A stretch of DNA of 22,820 nt from the NCBI GenBank assembly GCA_016748015.1, contig JAAOMT010000215.1:1-22820 (forward strand), in the 5' to 3' direction. The notes under the pieces are model-generated. The model worked only from the letters and a program-made list of their open reading frames with translations, searched no databases and was not told the origin of the DNA. This document shows positions 22,488 through 22,820 of this stretch, in pieces. The number at the start of each line of letters is the position of its first letter. Positions within the stretch are counted from its first letter, which is position 1. Source of the DNA: Geosiphon pyriformis uo1 (lineage: Eukaryota; Fungi; Glomeromycota). The position numbers were made by a program, and so were the translations under genes.

Positions 22488-22820
22488 TGATTTAATTATT
22501 AAAAGTGAAATATAACTCGAGTCGCGATATAGTGATTTTATCTATTATGTTTGAAAGTTGGATTTCTTCAGACAACTTGCTGTAACAAAACCTGACAGTG
22601 AACATATGCTGTTTTTGTGACATCACTGTCAACAATACCTTTCGCTCTTATTACCCACGCGTTCGCTTTTTCGCGTTCACCGCTAGTCACGTTATCAACG
22701 CTCCCTTTTCGTTTCTACTTTCATTGCCTCATTGAGGAATTTATAATTGGAATAAATGAATCCCCAAATTTTTATGTCTATTATTTAACGATTTAGTGTT
22801 TTATAGTATTATAATGTATA

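Noticed and set aside
22590-22635. SECIS element in the 9-bp hairpin
   Set aside because: No proper RUGA/GA quartet with an 11-12 bp helix II and apical AA, and no in-frame TGA in the neighbouring genes.

Overview
AT-rich, intron-dense eukaryotic DNA, most likely from an early-diverging fungus (Mucoromycota/Glomeromycotina-like; inferred from gene content, intron density and composition). By manual splicing I reconstructed eight protein-coding genes with 51 GT-AG introns. They are an OSCA/TMEM63 (CSC1/RSN1/PHM7-family) channel (-), proteasome lid subunit RPN5 (+), a 72-aa serine palmitoyltransferase small subunit absent from the ORF track (-), cytosolic glutamyl-tRNA synthetase (-), an EamA/SLC35F (Thi74-like) transporter (+), OST subunit SWP1 (-) head-to-head with the ERAD lectin YOS9 (+), and a small basic mitochondrial protein resembling a divergent bL34m (+). 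The most interesting unexplained element is a probable spliced non-coding host transcript at about 11650-12340. Its long second intron carries a structured ~220-240 nt box C/D RNA laid out like the U13/snR45/snR4 class, behind a TATA box and a Tbf1-type AACCCTAA motif. Other oddities are a Yos9 ending in a PTS1-like -AKL, a tandem KMYxV tail on GluRS, an intronic array of decoy 5' splice sites, and frequent AAG acceptors. All calls are by eye; no database searches were run.
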